Source: Hemiscyllium ocellatum (lineage: Eukaryota). Taken from it: 64,000 bases of DNA. Within the stretch, counting starts at the first letter, position 1; each line of letters opens with the position of its first letter. The position numbers and the translations under genes are program-made. Positions 23,033 to 39,400 of this stretch are shown here, piece after piece. Under the pieces are notes generated by a model. It was not told the DNA's origin, ran no database searches, and worked only from the letters and a program-made list of their open reading frames with translations. The stretch covers positions 6,273,363 to 6,337,362 of the forward strand of contig NC_083433.1 in the NCBI RefSeq assembly GCF_020745735.1, read 5' to 3'.

Positions 23033-24994
23033 TAGGGGGGAAAAGATAGTCTAATGGCTAACTCTGTGGTTTCACCAATGGCCCTTAGGGAAGGAAAGTA
23101 GTCTGGCCTACATGTGACTCCAGACCCAGAACAATGTCGTTGACTCTTAACTGCCCGCTGGGCAATTAGCGATGGGCAATAAATGCTGGCCTAGACAGTG
23201 ACATCCACATCCTGTGAACGTATAGTAAAAAAAAACCCAACAGGGAAGAAAATCTGCTGTCCTTACTTGGTCTGACCTACGTGTGAATCCAGACCAACAG
23301 CAATGTGACTCTTATGTGCCCTCTGGAATGACCTTTATGTCAAGGGCAATTTAGGGATGAGCAATAAATGCTGGCCTTGCCCTTATCACATGATTAAATT
23401 CTTAAAGTTGCCCTCAAGTGACTCATCATCTCACGAGTCTACAGTTGAGTTCATTACCATACTGAATTGCTAATTGCTCCTTATTACTCAATGCCAGCTG
23501 GTCAGCAGTATTACAATAAATGACATCATTAATCTTAAAATCTGACAATGATAGATTGAACTGAAGAGAGACATTATGAGGTTGGTGTGAGACGTGTTGA
23601 GAACCACCTGGACGCTAAACATGATTCCAATCACATCCCATATCTGGAGTTAATATTTACAACTCATTAATTGGCTTTGCACTCTGCAAATTTTTGTGTT
23701 TGCTGCTGATGCATCCATTTGTCATTCTTAAGCCAAGTCCAATTGCCTTGCACTCATCTAATTACTTTGACATGTTTCCTGCTGGGTAGGTAAATCAAAG
23801 CCTCAAAAAATGAGACAAATAATTTAATGATGAAGATGCTGGAGGGAAACACAAAAGTGGGAAATCTTCTCTTGTTTGTTTGAAATCTCCACACAGTCAG
23901 TTTTACATGAGACGGGTAACAGGGCTGGAAACACTGACTCTGTTTCTCTCGCCACAGGTACTGCCAGAGCTGCTGAATTTCTCCAGCAATCTCTGTGCTT
24001 GTATCAATTTCACACACCCTGCCATCCCACCAATTTCAAATTTCAGGTTTCTTTATTCTCTCATTGGACGAGCCAGAGTTTGTTGCCAATCCCTAATTGC
24101 CCCTTGAAATAGATGGCTGGCTCGACCATTTCTGAGGGCAGTTAACAGTCAACCACAGTGAGTCTGGAGTCGTGGGTAGGTCAGGTTTCCTTCTCTGAAG
24201 GGACAGATGGGTTTTTAACAACAATAAATGAATGTTGTCCTGGTCACCATTACTGAGACTGGATTTCAATTCCAGCTTTTACTCATTCAGTCAAATTTCA
24301 TCAAATTCCATTAGCTGTCTTATGAACCGGTATCTGAAGAGCTTTAACCTGGGGTTTCTGGATTCATGGTGCAGTGACATTACACAAAGCCACCAACTTG
24401 CTACTGAATTTTCCATCGAATCTTATTGAAGTAAAAGGATTGGCATTTAGTTCGTGCCTTTCACAACCTTAGGACATCATAATGCACTTTACAGCTAAGG
24501 AGCTTTTGATGTGTCATTACTCTTCTAATGCAGGAAAAAATGGCAGCCAAGGTGTGCACAGCAAAATCCCACAATAATGAGGCAATGACCTAGTAGTATT
24601 ATTGCTGGCCTGTTAATCTGGAGACCAAGGTAATGTTCTGGGGACCTGGGTTTGAATCCCACTATGGCAGATGGTGGCATTTGAATCCAATAAAAATCTG
24701 GAATTAAGAATCTAATGACGATCATAAATCCATTGCTAATTGTCAGGAAAAACCCACCTGGCACACTAATGCCCTTTAGGGAAAGAAATTTGCTATACTT
24801 ACCTGGTCTGACCTACATGTGTCTCCAGACCCACAGCGATGTAGTTAACTCTTAACTGCCTCTGGGCAATTAGGGATGGGCAATAAATGCTGGCCTAGTG
24901 AGAGGTGCCCTCATCCCACGAATAAATAAATAAAAATATGGCATGGGTGCAATGTACACGATCCCATGGACACTGTTTAGAAAAAGATATCTTA

Positions 24995-25300
24995 GATTAC
25001 TTACTTACAGTGTGGAAACAGGCCCTTTGGCCCAACAAGTCCACACCGACCTGCCAAAGCGCAACCCACCCAGACCCATTCCCCTACAGTTACCCCTTCA
25101 CCTAACACTACGGGCAATTTAGCCAGGCCAATTCACCTAACCTGCACATTTTTGGATTGTGGGAGGAAACCGGAGCAAACCCACTCAGACACGGGGAGAA
25201 TGTGCAAACTCCACACAGACAGTTACCTGAGGCAGGAATTGAAGCCGGGTCTCTGACACTGTGAGGCAGCAGTGCTAATCACTGTGCCACTGTGCCGCCC
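24995..25300 (-). mobile_element. HE1-type SINE
   Basis: Head and tail similarity. Confidence 0.88.
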
Positions 25301-27132
25301 AGCATTGGAGTCAGGCCAGCGAGCTTGGCGTGAATATTGGACAGGGACCAGGATATCTTCTTCCAAACAGTGTCCGTGGGATTGTTTACATTGCACCCAA
25401 GTGAGAACTCAGGCATGCCCTCGACCTGAATGACTTGAAAAACACGGTGTTCCCTCAATGCTCCCTCACTGTCAGTGTCACTGAGTCTCTAGTGTGGGCT
25501 TTGATGCCACAACCTCTAACTAGGAGAAAGTGCCAGCCACTGAAGTCACAGCCAATACAAATGCAGTAAGTCGGTCTGCACGTGTCCCGATGCTTCACTG
25601 TCTGTGACAATCGATGGCCCTGCATTGTACTATGAATGATCCAGAGGTGCGACCACTGTCTCTGCACATACTTTTCAATTAAATAGAAAGATAATGAATT
25701 TCTTAACTCAAGGGGATAAACCATTTCCACTTAGCATTTGTAAACTCATGAGAAAGCATTTCACTCAAAAGCCCAGATAGAAATAATGTATTTTTTTGTC
25801 GAAAGCCATGAAATAATATTCTGACATGTAAACATTCACAGAGTGCCTGAATCCTCATTCATTTGGAATTTAGGTTGGTATTGAAGGAACAGTCCAGATT
25901 GACAACAAGGAGGTGGGACTTATACTAATCCTGGACACGCTGGATGGTGGAGGAACATTTACAGAGGCTGCTGAGTTCAGGAAATCATTTTACCTTTAAA
26001 AACATCTTATTGTGTTTACAATGCGATGCTGCAAGAGAGGGCAGGATCATGTGACATTGTATCAGCTCTTCTGATGATGAACACTGTCTCATTAGAATCA
26101 CTCACTATCAGACTTAACCCCTTACACTACAGTGTCAGCTGCTTGCTCTTAAGAGTTGTCTCGTCATAGGTGGCTGGCAACATTTCCAAACTCAAATGAG
26201 TGTGAGGTACACACAGATGCTGAGTTTCGCCAGTAATTTCTGATTCTCTAACATTGTGAATGAAGCAGGTTTACAGGATCATTTTTGTTAAGAGCTTCTC
26301 ACTAACGTGACTACAGATTGCAGTTATTCGGGAACAGGTACCATCAACTCCAAAGTGTTTTGTTACACCTGCCCATCCGTTGGTGCTGACTGCAAACTCA
26401 ACCTTAGTTGTTGAGACACTGGGTAGTGAGCAGGCCCATCCACCTCACGTAGGTCAGGGATGGTCCCTAGTGCCCACTTAGCATTAGAAGGCCTGCTGAC
26501 TGGCTGGGCCAGAGCAGAGATGTGTCTTAGGCTAAAGTCCTAGGAGCATGAGTTCAAATCCCCACCACGGCAACCGGTAGAATTTGAATTTTATTGATAA
26601 ATCTGGAGTTGAAAGCCATTGCCAATAAATGGAGAGCATTATAGTATAATCGATAGTCAGAAAAGCAATATTTGGTCCAGTCATGCCCTTTTAAGGAGGG
26701 AAATCTATGATCTGGCCTGGCCTACATGTGACTCCATACCCACAGCAGTGTGGTTGTTTCCTAACAGCCCTCAGTGAGTACTGCATATGGTGGTCTTGCC
26801 AGCAATACCCAAATCCTATGAAAGAATGAATTCAAAATATTGATAAAATTGTTGGGCAAGTTTTCAGAATTATCTCCATATATAGAACTTCGATTATCTG
26901 AACAAGATGGACGGGGAGGACTTTGTCCGGATAAATGATTGTTAGGAAACTGATTGTTTGGATAATGGATAATGTTTTTACATGCCAGGTTTGACTCAAA
27001 ACAATGGAAAACTTCCCCCAATTCCTGTTGACTCCAGTCTTGCCAAGGTTCCTGAATGTCACACTGGGTAATCCCATTTTCCAGCACTTGGCCCATAGTC
27101 CTGTATGTTTTGGAATTGCAAGTGCACACCTT

Positions 27133-27455
27133 GGGGCTGCATGATGGCTCACTGGTTAGCACTGTTGGCACATAGCGCCAGGGATCAGATTCAATTCCAT
27201 CCTCAGGTGACAATGTGGAGTTTGCACATTCTCCCTGTGTCTGGCGGATTTCCTCTGGGTGTTCTGGTTTCCTCCCACAGTCCAAAGATGTGCAGGTTCG
27301 GATGGATTGGCCATGGGAAATTGCCCTTTATTTCCAGGGATGTAGGTGGATTTCCATGGGAAATGTCAGGTCATGGGGATATAGGGGAGGAGTCTGGGTG
27401 GGATGCTCAGACTCAATGGGCTGAATGGACCCCTTGTGCACTGCAGGAATTCTAT
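27133..27455 (+). mobile_element. Old HE1-type SINE just upstream of the ferritin A promoter
   Basis: Diverged head, V-domain and tail. Confidence 0.75.
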
Positions 27456-27620
27456 CGCAATGTCTATCACCCCTCAAACTGGCTATCAATGTCTCAAGTT
27501 CCAACATGAACAGATTCCTTTGTTAATTCAACGTGGTTAAGGAGTTGACGGTAAGGAGCCCAGTACTGGAGGGGTTAACCATTTTTTGCTGAATCATCTC
27601 AGAGAGGCGGTAACAAGATT

Positions 27621-27664
27621 GTGGGCGGTGTGTAGCGCGATAAATAAGAGGCTCGGGGGCGGAT
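27621..27664 (+). promoter_or_regulatory. Core promoter of ferritin A (GC boxes plus TATA-like element)
   Basis: GGGCGG at 27623-27628 and about 27657-27662; GATAAATAAG at 27639-27648, about 40 nt upstream of the IRE, which makes the IRE cap-proximal. Confidence 0.65.
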
Positions 27665-27678
27665 GTAGCTCAGAATTC

Positions 27679-27722
27679 GGGTTGTATTCTTGCTTCAACA
27701 GTGTTTGAACGGAATAGAACCC
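27679..27722 (+). promoter_or_regulatory. Iron-responsive element (ferritin-type IRE) in the 5' UTR of ferritin A
   Basis: GGGTTG TATTCT TGC TTCAA CAGTGT TTGAA C GGAATA G AACCC: CAGUGU loop at 27699-27704, 5-bp upper stem, UGC/C internal loop, lower stem extended by GGGTT/AACCC. Confidence 0.97.
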
Positions 27723-27771
27723 TAGTTTCTTCCTCCCTAGTCCAACTTTTTCAAGAAAAATTTTTTTTTAA

Positions 27772-30325
<2,554 letters not shown>

Positions 30326-30575
30326 AAGATCCACCACTTTGAAATCAGTGTGCCTCTAAAACCACCTACAAAATGTTCTTTTTTTAACAAGTGAATGTGT
30401 TTTTTGTCTTTGAATGGAGTTAAGTCTTTGGTACTACCTTTTTTCATGGGTATTAACTTTGAATTTTTGAGTAAGGGAAAGGTGAAAGTAAACATGCTTT
30501 TGGGTCAACTTCAGTGAAACTTTCTATCAAGTACACACATTGTGAAGCTATATGGCACAGCTGCTGATTTAAGGA

Positions 30576-30581
30576 AATAAA
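30576..30581 (+). terminator. Polyadenylation signal of ferritin A
   Basis: AATAAA 250 nt after the stop, followed by GT-rich sequence. Confidence 0.75.
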
Positions 30582-33085
30582 GGTTTTCAAGTGTTGAAAC
30601 TGTCTGTTGATTGATTTAAAATGCACTTCATCTATACTCCAAGTAGCTGTAATCTTTTTCCAGTCTCTCCACCCCCATCTAGCAGTCAATTTTCAACATG
30701 TACTTGAGTTCCCCTCTGTTTGTGCTTAGCCTGTATCCTTCTGCCTTCATCCTACCCTTCCTCTGGAAGTTCACTCCACACCCAAAACACTTTGATTTTA
30801 AAACAAAATAGCCCCTTTAGATGTTAGTCTTTCCCTGGTTGGTTTTTTTTTGGAAGCCCTCAAGAGGAAAAACAGCTGATAGCTATTAACATTCCACACA
30901 ATAACTCACTAATTCAAACACTTCATTCCTAGCAATAGTCTTAAGTCTTTCCTGAACTGTCTCCCAACTCCATATCCTCTAATATGGAGCCCTTGCTCAG
31001 CCTGCAAGTCTGGTCTGGAGCCTCCTGGTTCGAATGGAGCCATGTTCACCTTGTCCTGGCTTTGCTTTCCCACCAATACTGGAGATATCCCCTTTTGCCA
31101 TTTAATTTAGCCTTACTACTCTTCATATGCCACCATCTTAATTAGCCTTTTTTTTGTGTAGCACTTGCTGCTGCAATTGAGGTAAGACCTGCTTTACAGG
31201 AAAGCAGATGGACAAGCCCTGCACTCTAACCTGAATGCTGCTACTCTACCACCACCTTGAAGCTAGCTAATTAGCAAACTTGCCCTGAATCACATGATCT
31301 AATTAGCCCTTCATGCAGAATATTAAGGGCTTTAGTAAAGTACAAGTAAACAAGTGTCTTAGCACTCTGCCCTCCTCAATCTTCTTGGTTACTTCCTCCA
31401 AAAATAAAGTCCAGTTTGAGAGATAATTTCCTTTGCAAAACCATGTCAACTATCCCTAATTCCTTGCTTTCATAACTTCCCACAACAACCTGAGACACAT
31501 TAGATCAGGTCCCAGAGATTTATGCACCTTTATATTTTGAGACCTCCAGCATTTCCTCTTCTGTAATGTGAATTGTTTTTAAAAAATGTCTATTTAAATT
31601 TCCCTGAATTCTTCCAGCCTACATTTTCTCCACAGTAAAAACTGACAATGTTCATTTAATATATCTAAGGCTCAACACAAAGATGATCTATAAGGGGCCC
31701 CATACTTTGTCTAGTTGTTGATGGGCGTGGCAATGGTGATTATACTCTCCAAGTGATTCTGGATGGCTTATAAATTAAAGGATGCTCTGCTTTATAATTT
31801 ACTTATCAGTCTGATCAGGGATATTTATTATACACCTCTGGAGCAGGTAGGACTTAAACCTGGGTCTCCTGGCTTAGAAGTAAGGACATGACCACTATAC
31901 AAACAATTGTTTCTTTTGAAATGTATAACTTATTTTGCATCTATCCTAGTCAATGTTTAAGACAAAAATAGACTTGCGAATGCTTTTTCTCAGCAGTACT
32001 CACATTCGATATCACTGAATGACTGTACAAAATTTTCCTTTCTACAATTTCCTTGTTCAATGAACAAGCACTTTAATTGTTTCTGGGTACATTCTCTGTA
32101 AAGGTAATGCCTTAAACACAGTCCTCTTGCCATCAGTCAACTGCCTCTGCTCATGAAGATCTTCCAGTGGGGAGTGGTAGCAAGCCATATATTTAGCAAA
32201 GAAAACCAGGCTTGTAATAGACTTCGTACAGAATGATGTCCAAATGTTAGTAGATCCATTAGATTAGCATCTATAAAACTAGCCCTTTAAAATAATTAAA
32301 CTCTTGGAAGTACAAATACCAGTGTCGCTATATTCCTCCAGCTTGCTTACCATCTTTGTTCAATATGAACCTTGTGTAACTTTTCCAAACTGTGACCTCC
32401 ATCTGCTGGTTCAAGCCCCAATCCTGAGATTTTGAACACAACCTCATCTGGCATTGCCAGGATGGTAGTGAAGGAGTGCTGCACAGGTTGACCTGCTGTG
32501 TTTTGTATTTGATGTTCAGCCTGTTTGGCAAACATTCATCCTCCACCAACAACATTTGGCCATCGTGTCTTTTCTGCTGTACACACTGGCTTCCCTCCAG
32601 ATGTGTGACACCACTTCAAAAAGACTTCATTGGCTGTGAAAGGCTCACCCATAAAGGTAAGTTCTTTGAGGTGCCCTTGCAGATTTTGTTTCTTAAGATT
32701 TTGTGTGGGACTGGAGCACATAGGTCAGAAAGGATTCCAGTTTAACCATGGGTCTGGATGATTATATTGTCACAACTGCAACACTACACAAGGTGGGTCC
32801 AGGTTCATGTAAATTAGGCTCGAAAGAAGTTGGTTCCTGAGACTGATTGCTATTAAGGAAACAACAGGCAGGAAAAGACCAGCAAGTCATCAAGGTTTGT
32901 CACTAGGGCAAGTTACACAGGGAGAAATGGAGGAGGCATCTGACAGGTTACCCAGCCAAGCACAGGAGTTCCTCCATATTCATACACTGACCCAGTGCAA
33001 GTTTCCTCAATTTTAAAATGAGCCCCAATCTTTCCTTGTGGATCCAAGAAACAGCGAAAGGCAAAACAGTAAACACTTAACCACT

Positions 33086-33188
33086 TTTATTTGGGAACAG
33101 ATTGCTAAGTGTATTCTTTCTGGAAGTACTTATCGAATGGATTACTGTTGCCAAAATGGATTCACTTTAATGCCACAGTCCATTTATT
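33086..33188 (-). terminator. Polyadenylation signals of ferritin B
   Basis: AATAAA on the minus strand at 33188-33183 and 33091-33086; the distal one is followed by GT-rich sequence. Confidence 0.65.
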
Positions 33189-33340
33189 CCAGCAATAACA
33201 GTGCTATAATGTAACATATGGGACAACACGATCTACTGTTCAATTTTGCTATAGATTCCCATCTGGCTGGTCAGGGTGATAACTTGGCAGAACATGAGGC
33301 TGTGCTCTATTGACATACGATGGCCAGGTGTCCTTGACTG

Positions 33341-33496
33341 TTAGCTACCTTCCCCCAGGGTGTGCTTGTCGAACAGGTACTCTCCCATGCCATTCTCAGG
33401 AGCTCCCAACCGCTTCAGGTTGGTGATGTGATCTCCAAACATCCTAATGGCCTCAATTTGCTCATTCAAGTAGTTAGATTCCAGGAACTCACATAG
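33341..33496 (-). CDS. Ferritin B exon 4 (coding part)
   Basis: TTTCTTTCTATTTCAG acceptor; LCEFLESNY...HTLGEGS; TAA. Confidence 0.95.
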   Translation of the reverse strand, partial: LCEFLESNYLNEQIEAIRMFGDHITNLKRLGAPENGMGEYLFDKHTLGEGS

Positions 33497-36400
33497 CTGA
33501 AATAGAAAGAAAATGTAGTGCTGAGGACTGCCTCTATACCAATACTTGTGTCACTCCAGACTCTACTGATAGATTTGGTTACCAGCCTCAGTTCACGTAC
33601 ATTGTTCAGTTGAATAGTGAAGCACATTTCAAGCTCAAAATTATCCACAACCAGTCAGAGTGTTTAATGATTAGATCCTACTCCTGAATTGGTAATTGGC
33701 TAGCTCATTTGGCTGGATGGCTGATATTTGATGCAATGTAATGCCAACAGCGTGGGTTAAATTTCCGCACTAGCTGAGGTTACTGTGAAGGATTCTCCTT
33801 CTCACTCTCTCCCTATGCCTGAAGTGTGGTTCACCCTCACATTAAACCACCAACAGTTGTCTCTAATGAAAACAGCAGTCCTTTTGTCAAGTCAAGACTA
33901 CGGCAACTTTACTCGAGTCAAAATCCCACAACTCCCTCCCTAATGACATTGTGGGGCTACCAACAGCTGCAGCAGTTCAAGAAGGCAGCTCACCACCATG
34001 TTCTCAAGGTCAACTAGAGATGGGTAATAAGCCAACAGCGCCCACATCCTCTGAATGAATTTTTAAAAGTTTCCTGATACAATAGACTATTGAATCTTTC
34101 TGCTATCCTTCAAATAAACGCTGTTGTAGTTTTCTCAGATGAGAAATAAGTTTACACTATAGGTTTGTTCCCCTTCTGTAAGATGGCTATAAACCCTTGA
34201 GAATGTATCCAACTAGTCACTGGCTAAAGAGGGATTTTCTGATGTCCACTAACTGATCTGAGCGTTTGTGATATGTGTTTCCAAGTGTTTTATGCAGAGT
34301 CACTGGCCTAACACCAGCTTACAATCACAGGTTGAAACTGAGGGGGCGTTTCTATCCTTTCTGGGTGCAATGTCTCTTTGTATTAAATCGGTAAATCATG
34401 GCCATGAGCTTGTCTCCTGGTTTTATAACCAAGGTGAGTCAAACAAAACAGCTATTAAGTACGTTGCTTTGTACGTTCGCCCCTCTATGTTTAATCATAG
34501 AACTGCTTAGCACAGGAGACTATGCAACCTCACACTTCTATGCTAGCTAAAAGGAAGAGTCATCCAGTTTCTCCCACTCTCCTCCTCATTCCCCACAGCC
34601 CTTCAAATCCTCCTATATTTATCCCTTTGGTAAGTTACCAGAATTTGCTTTCACCATCCTTTCATAATGCTCTGTGTTAAGTTTAAAAAAAACACGATCC
34701 ATTGCTCTGTTTCTTTTGCCAATTATCTTGAACCCTAATCTTTTTGATATTGACCTTCCAGCCAGCACAAATAGTTTCTCCTTACTGATTCCAGGAGGGT
34801 CTCTTATAGCTTTAAACGACTGCGTTAAATCTATACAGAACTATTCCAGTTCTTAGGGCAACAAATGTATACATCAATTCAGAGTGGAAAGGGTTTGGCA
34901 ATGTTTGGTGAACTCACAACAAGATCGTTGTGCTCGGATGCCACTTTGTGTAGAGCCAGGATAGATTTGTTCACTGTTTTCTCCAGCTCCAGGGCCTGTT
35001 CCATAGCTTCTAAGCCATTTCCCCACTCATCCCGGCTGGGTTTCTATGAATAAAGACAATTGGGTCAATGGAGTTGAACCAAATCGCTTAACATTAAGAA
35101 GAAGGCATTGGGAACAGGGAAGAAAAAAGGGTAGAGAGATCTCTCACCCACTAACCTTGATGTCCCAGAAGATGATGCGGCCTCCACGTTGATTCTGAAA
35201 ATCCATCAGCAACTTTGCATGTTTCTGTTCCTCAAGTGCCTGCTCAAAGTAGAACTTGGCAAAGTTCCGCAAAGCAACATCTTCCCGGTCAAAGTAGTAT
35301 GACTGAGGCAGAAAAGAACACCGCACAATGACAATATTTAAAACACCACCTTCAAGGGACATGCCACCCCAACATGAATATACCCAACCTTTCATTTATA
35401 GTCACCCTGTCAACATCCTATCATTCATAACCAACTCAAAGCAGACTATGAAACCTTTAAGGCTTCAAGAGGCAATCACATAATCTTCTCAGGGCAAGTA
35501 AGAATATGTGTCAGCTTTGTACCAGTATGTAACACACAGACCTCAGAAAAATCTGAGTTTGCATTTCTCTCCAGAGAGGATACATGTCCATTGTAGTCAT
35601 TTACGTGCACCTCAAGAAGTTCTCCAAAGTGACATCTTCCTTTGCAAAACACCCTCAGAACATATGTAAAAAACCCAATGGTTTTATTATATTTCAGAGA
35701 CCAGGCCTGTTATCCCTGGTTTCCCAGCCAGTATTTATCTTTCTACCATAACCAGTAAAACAAACAGGTGACTTAGTAGAGAGAAAGCAGTTAATGTCCC
35801 GAGTTCAGTGACCCTTCTTCAGAACTGTTCTGGACTCCAAACATTAACTCTGCTCTCTCTCCAGAGAGGTTGCCAGACCTGATGAGTTTCTCCAGCAATT
35901 TTTGCTTTTGTTTCAGATTTCCAACATCCACAGTTGTTTTATTTGGTCACTGTCTTAATGATTCTGTCAACTTTTATTCTTATATAAGAAGCAAGAGTGT
36001 AACTAGAGAAAGGGTTGGTCCACTAAAGGATAAGGAAGGAAGGTTGTGTGTCGAACCTGAGAAAATGGGTGAGATTCTCAATGGTTACTTTGCATCATTG
36101 TTCACTGAGGAACAGAGGTGATGAATGCTGAAATTAGAGACAGAAGTTTGTTTACTCTGGATCACGTTGACATGAGAAGATGTATTGGGTAGGCTAAAGG
36201 ATATTAAAGTAGATAAGACCCCAGGGCCTCCCAGGTTGCTGAGAGAGGGAAGAGTGGAAGTAGCTGAGGTCCTGACAGATATCTTTGTAGCATCCTTAAA
36301 CACAGGTGAAGTGCCAGATGACTGGAGGGTTGCTCATGTTGTCCCCCTGTACAAGAATGGTATTAGGGATATTCCAGGTAACTAGAGACCAGTGAGCCTG

Positions 36401-39400
36401 ACGTCAGTGGTGGGAAAGTTTGGAAAAGAACGGGCTTATCAGTGATAGGCAACATGGTTTTGTGTGAGGTAGAGAGGACGTGACCAAGTTGAGAGATGAA
36501 GGAAGGACTGTAGATGCCATATACATGGACTTGAGTAAGGCATTTGATAAGGTTCCCCATGGTAAACTCATGGAGAAAGTGAAGTCACATGGTGTGTAGG
36601 GTGTTCTAGCTAGGTGAATAAAGAACTGGTTGAGCAACAGGAGACAGAGTAGTAGTTGAAGGGAGTTTCTCCAAATGCAGAAAGGTGACCAGTGGTGTTC
36701 CACAGGGGCCAGTGCTGGGGCCACTGCTGTTTGTAATATCCATAAATTATCTGGAAGAGGGCACTGTTGGTCTGACCAGTAAGCTTGCAGATGACTTGGA
36801 GTAGCAGAAAGCATAGGGGACTGTCAAAGAATACAGGAGAATATAGATAGACTGGAGAGTTGGGCGGAGAAGTGGCAGATGGAGTTCAATCCAGGCAAAT
36901 GTGACGTGACGCATTTTGGGAAGTTTAATTCTAGAGCCAACTATACTGTAAACAGAAGAGCCTTGGGAAAAGTTGATGAGCAGAGAGATCTGGGAGTTCA
37001 GGTCCATTGTACCCTGAAGGTGGCTGCGCAGGTGGGTAGAGTCGTCAAGAAGGCATTTGATATGCTTTCCTTCATTGAACGGGGTATTGAGTATAAGAGC
37101 TGGCAAGTCATGTTAAAATTGTACAAGACATTGGTTTGGCTGCATTAGAATACTGTGTACAGTTCTGGTCGCTACATTACCAAAAGGATGTGGATGCTTT
37201 GGAGAAGGTGCAGAGGAGGTTTAAGAGGATGTTGCCTGGTATTGAAGGTGCTAGCTATGAAGAGAGGTTGAGTAGTTTAGGATTGTTTTCATTAGAAAAA
37301 AGGAGATTGAGGGGGGACCTGATTGAGGTCTGCAAAATAGGGTATAGATAGGGCAGATAGAGATAAGCTTTTTCCCCACATGAGGGATTCAGTAACGAGA
37401 GGTCATGCGTTCAAGGTGAGAAGTGAAAAGTTTAAGATGGATACACATGGCAAGTACTTTACGCAGAGGGTGGTAGATGCTTGGAACGCGTTGCCAGCAG
37501 AGGTAGTAGAGGCAGGCACGGTAGATTCATTTAAGATGCATCTGGACAGATGCATGAGTAGGTGGGGAGCAGAGGGATACAGATGCTTAGGAATTGGGTG
37601 ATAGGTTTAGGCAGTAGATTAGGATCGGCTCAGGCTTGGAGGGCTGAAGGGCCTGTTCCTGGGCTGTAAATTTTCTTTGTTCTTTGCTTTGAGGAAACTG
37701 GTATCCTGTGTTTTCTGCATACGTGAATAAATATCAGCAAAACACCTTGCTTGCTGTTAAGTATTTTGGGATGTCGTTAGGTTAAGAAAGGAGCTATACA
37801 ATGCAAATTCTTTCTTTATCAATGAAATTGCTAATGTAAACATGTCACACTGCAGTTACATCCTCCTGCCACTGGAGGTTCTTCAGCAGCTCCAACTATC
37901 ATAAGGTGTAATTACAATATGACAAGCTTATACACTTTATAAACAGGCATCCGCATCCATAAACACCAACTAGCCATGAAACGACACGACCAGCTATCCT
38001 CAGTAGCCACACACACAGATGACAAGCAACATGAATTCGACTGGGACAACACTACTATTATAGGACAAGCCAAACAGAGAACAGCCAGGGAATTCCTAGA
38101 GGCATGGCACTCATCCATGGATTCAATCAAGCACATCGAATTGGACCCCATATACCGACCACTGCAGCGGACAGCTGGAACTGACAACTGGAAGCGGCAG
38201 ATTCAAACCACTACAAATGCCAGAGGAAAGATCACAGAAGCACTTCACAGGAGGCTCCCAAGCACTGAGGATGTCACCTAGACAGGGGACAAAACGTCTG
38301 CAACACAAATTCGGCGAACAGAACCACAACAGGATTTTGCTATTTTTATACTCATTTCTCTTTGCAATAAAGACAAGTGTTCCATTTGCTTTCACAATTA
38401 CTTGGTGTAACTCCATGCTCACCATTGTGATTAATATATGATAAGCCAGATCCCTCTGTAATGCAGCATTCTCCAGTCTCTCTCCATTAAATAATATTTC
38501 ATTTTTTTAGATTAGATTAGATTTCCTTCAGTGTGGAAACAGGCCCTTCGGCCCAACCAGTCCACACCGACCCTCTGAAGAGTAACCCGCCCAGACCCAT
38601 TTCCCTCTAACTAATGTACCTAACACTATGGGCAATTTAGCATGATCAATTCACCTACCCTGCACATCTTTGGACTGTGGGAGGAAACCGGAGCACCTGG
38701 AGAAAACCCACTCAGATACAGGGAGAACATGCAAACCCCATACAGACAGTCGCCCAAGGCTGGAATCGAACCTGGGATTTCTATTCTACTGAAGTGTACA
38801 CCCTCACATAGTCCAACATTATACTCCATAACTTAACCTATCCATTTCTCTTAAACTCCTATCCTTCTCAGAATTTGCTTTCCTACATATCCTCATATCA
38901 TCAGTAAATCTAATTACAATACAGTCTGACCTTTCATTTAGGTGATTGCAAATAGTTCAAGTCTCAGCACTGGTCCATTGTCGCTTGACTAGTTAACAGT
39001 TCACCAATCTGAAAATGACCTTTTATCCTGACTCTGTTTCTTGTTAGTCAGCCAGTCCTTTTTTTTATTGGAGGATGAGGCCATTACTGGCACAGCCCAC
39101 ATTTATCGTCCATCCCTAATTGAGTTAAGAGTCAATTACATAGCTGTAGGTCTGGAGTCACACGGAGGTAAGGATGACAATTTCCTTCCCTAAAGGACAT
39201 TAGTGAACCAGATGGGCTTTCGCTCGCCCTCCCACAATCGACTCTTAATTCCAAATTTTAATTAATTCAAATTCCATTACTTGCCATGGCAGGATTTGAA
39301 ACTGGATCCCCAGAATGTTGCCTGGGTCATAGATTCCAGAGTGTGGAAGCAGCTCGTTTGGCCCATTTAGTCCACATGACCCTCCGAAGAGCATCCCACC

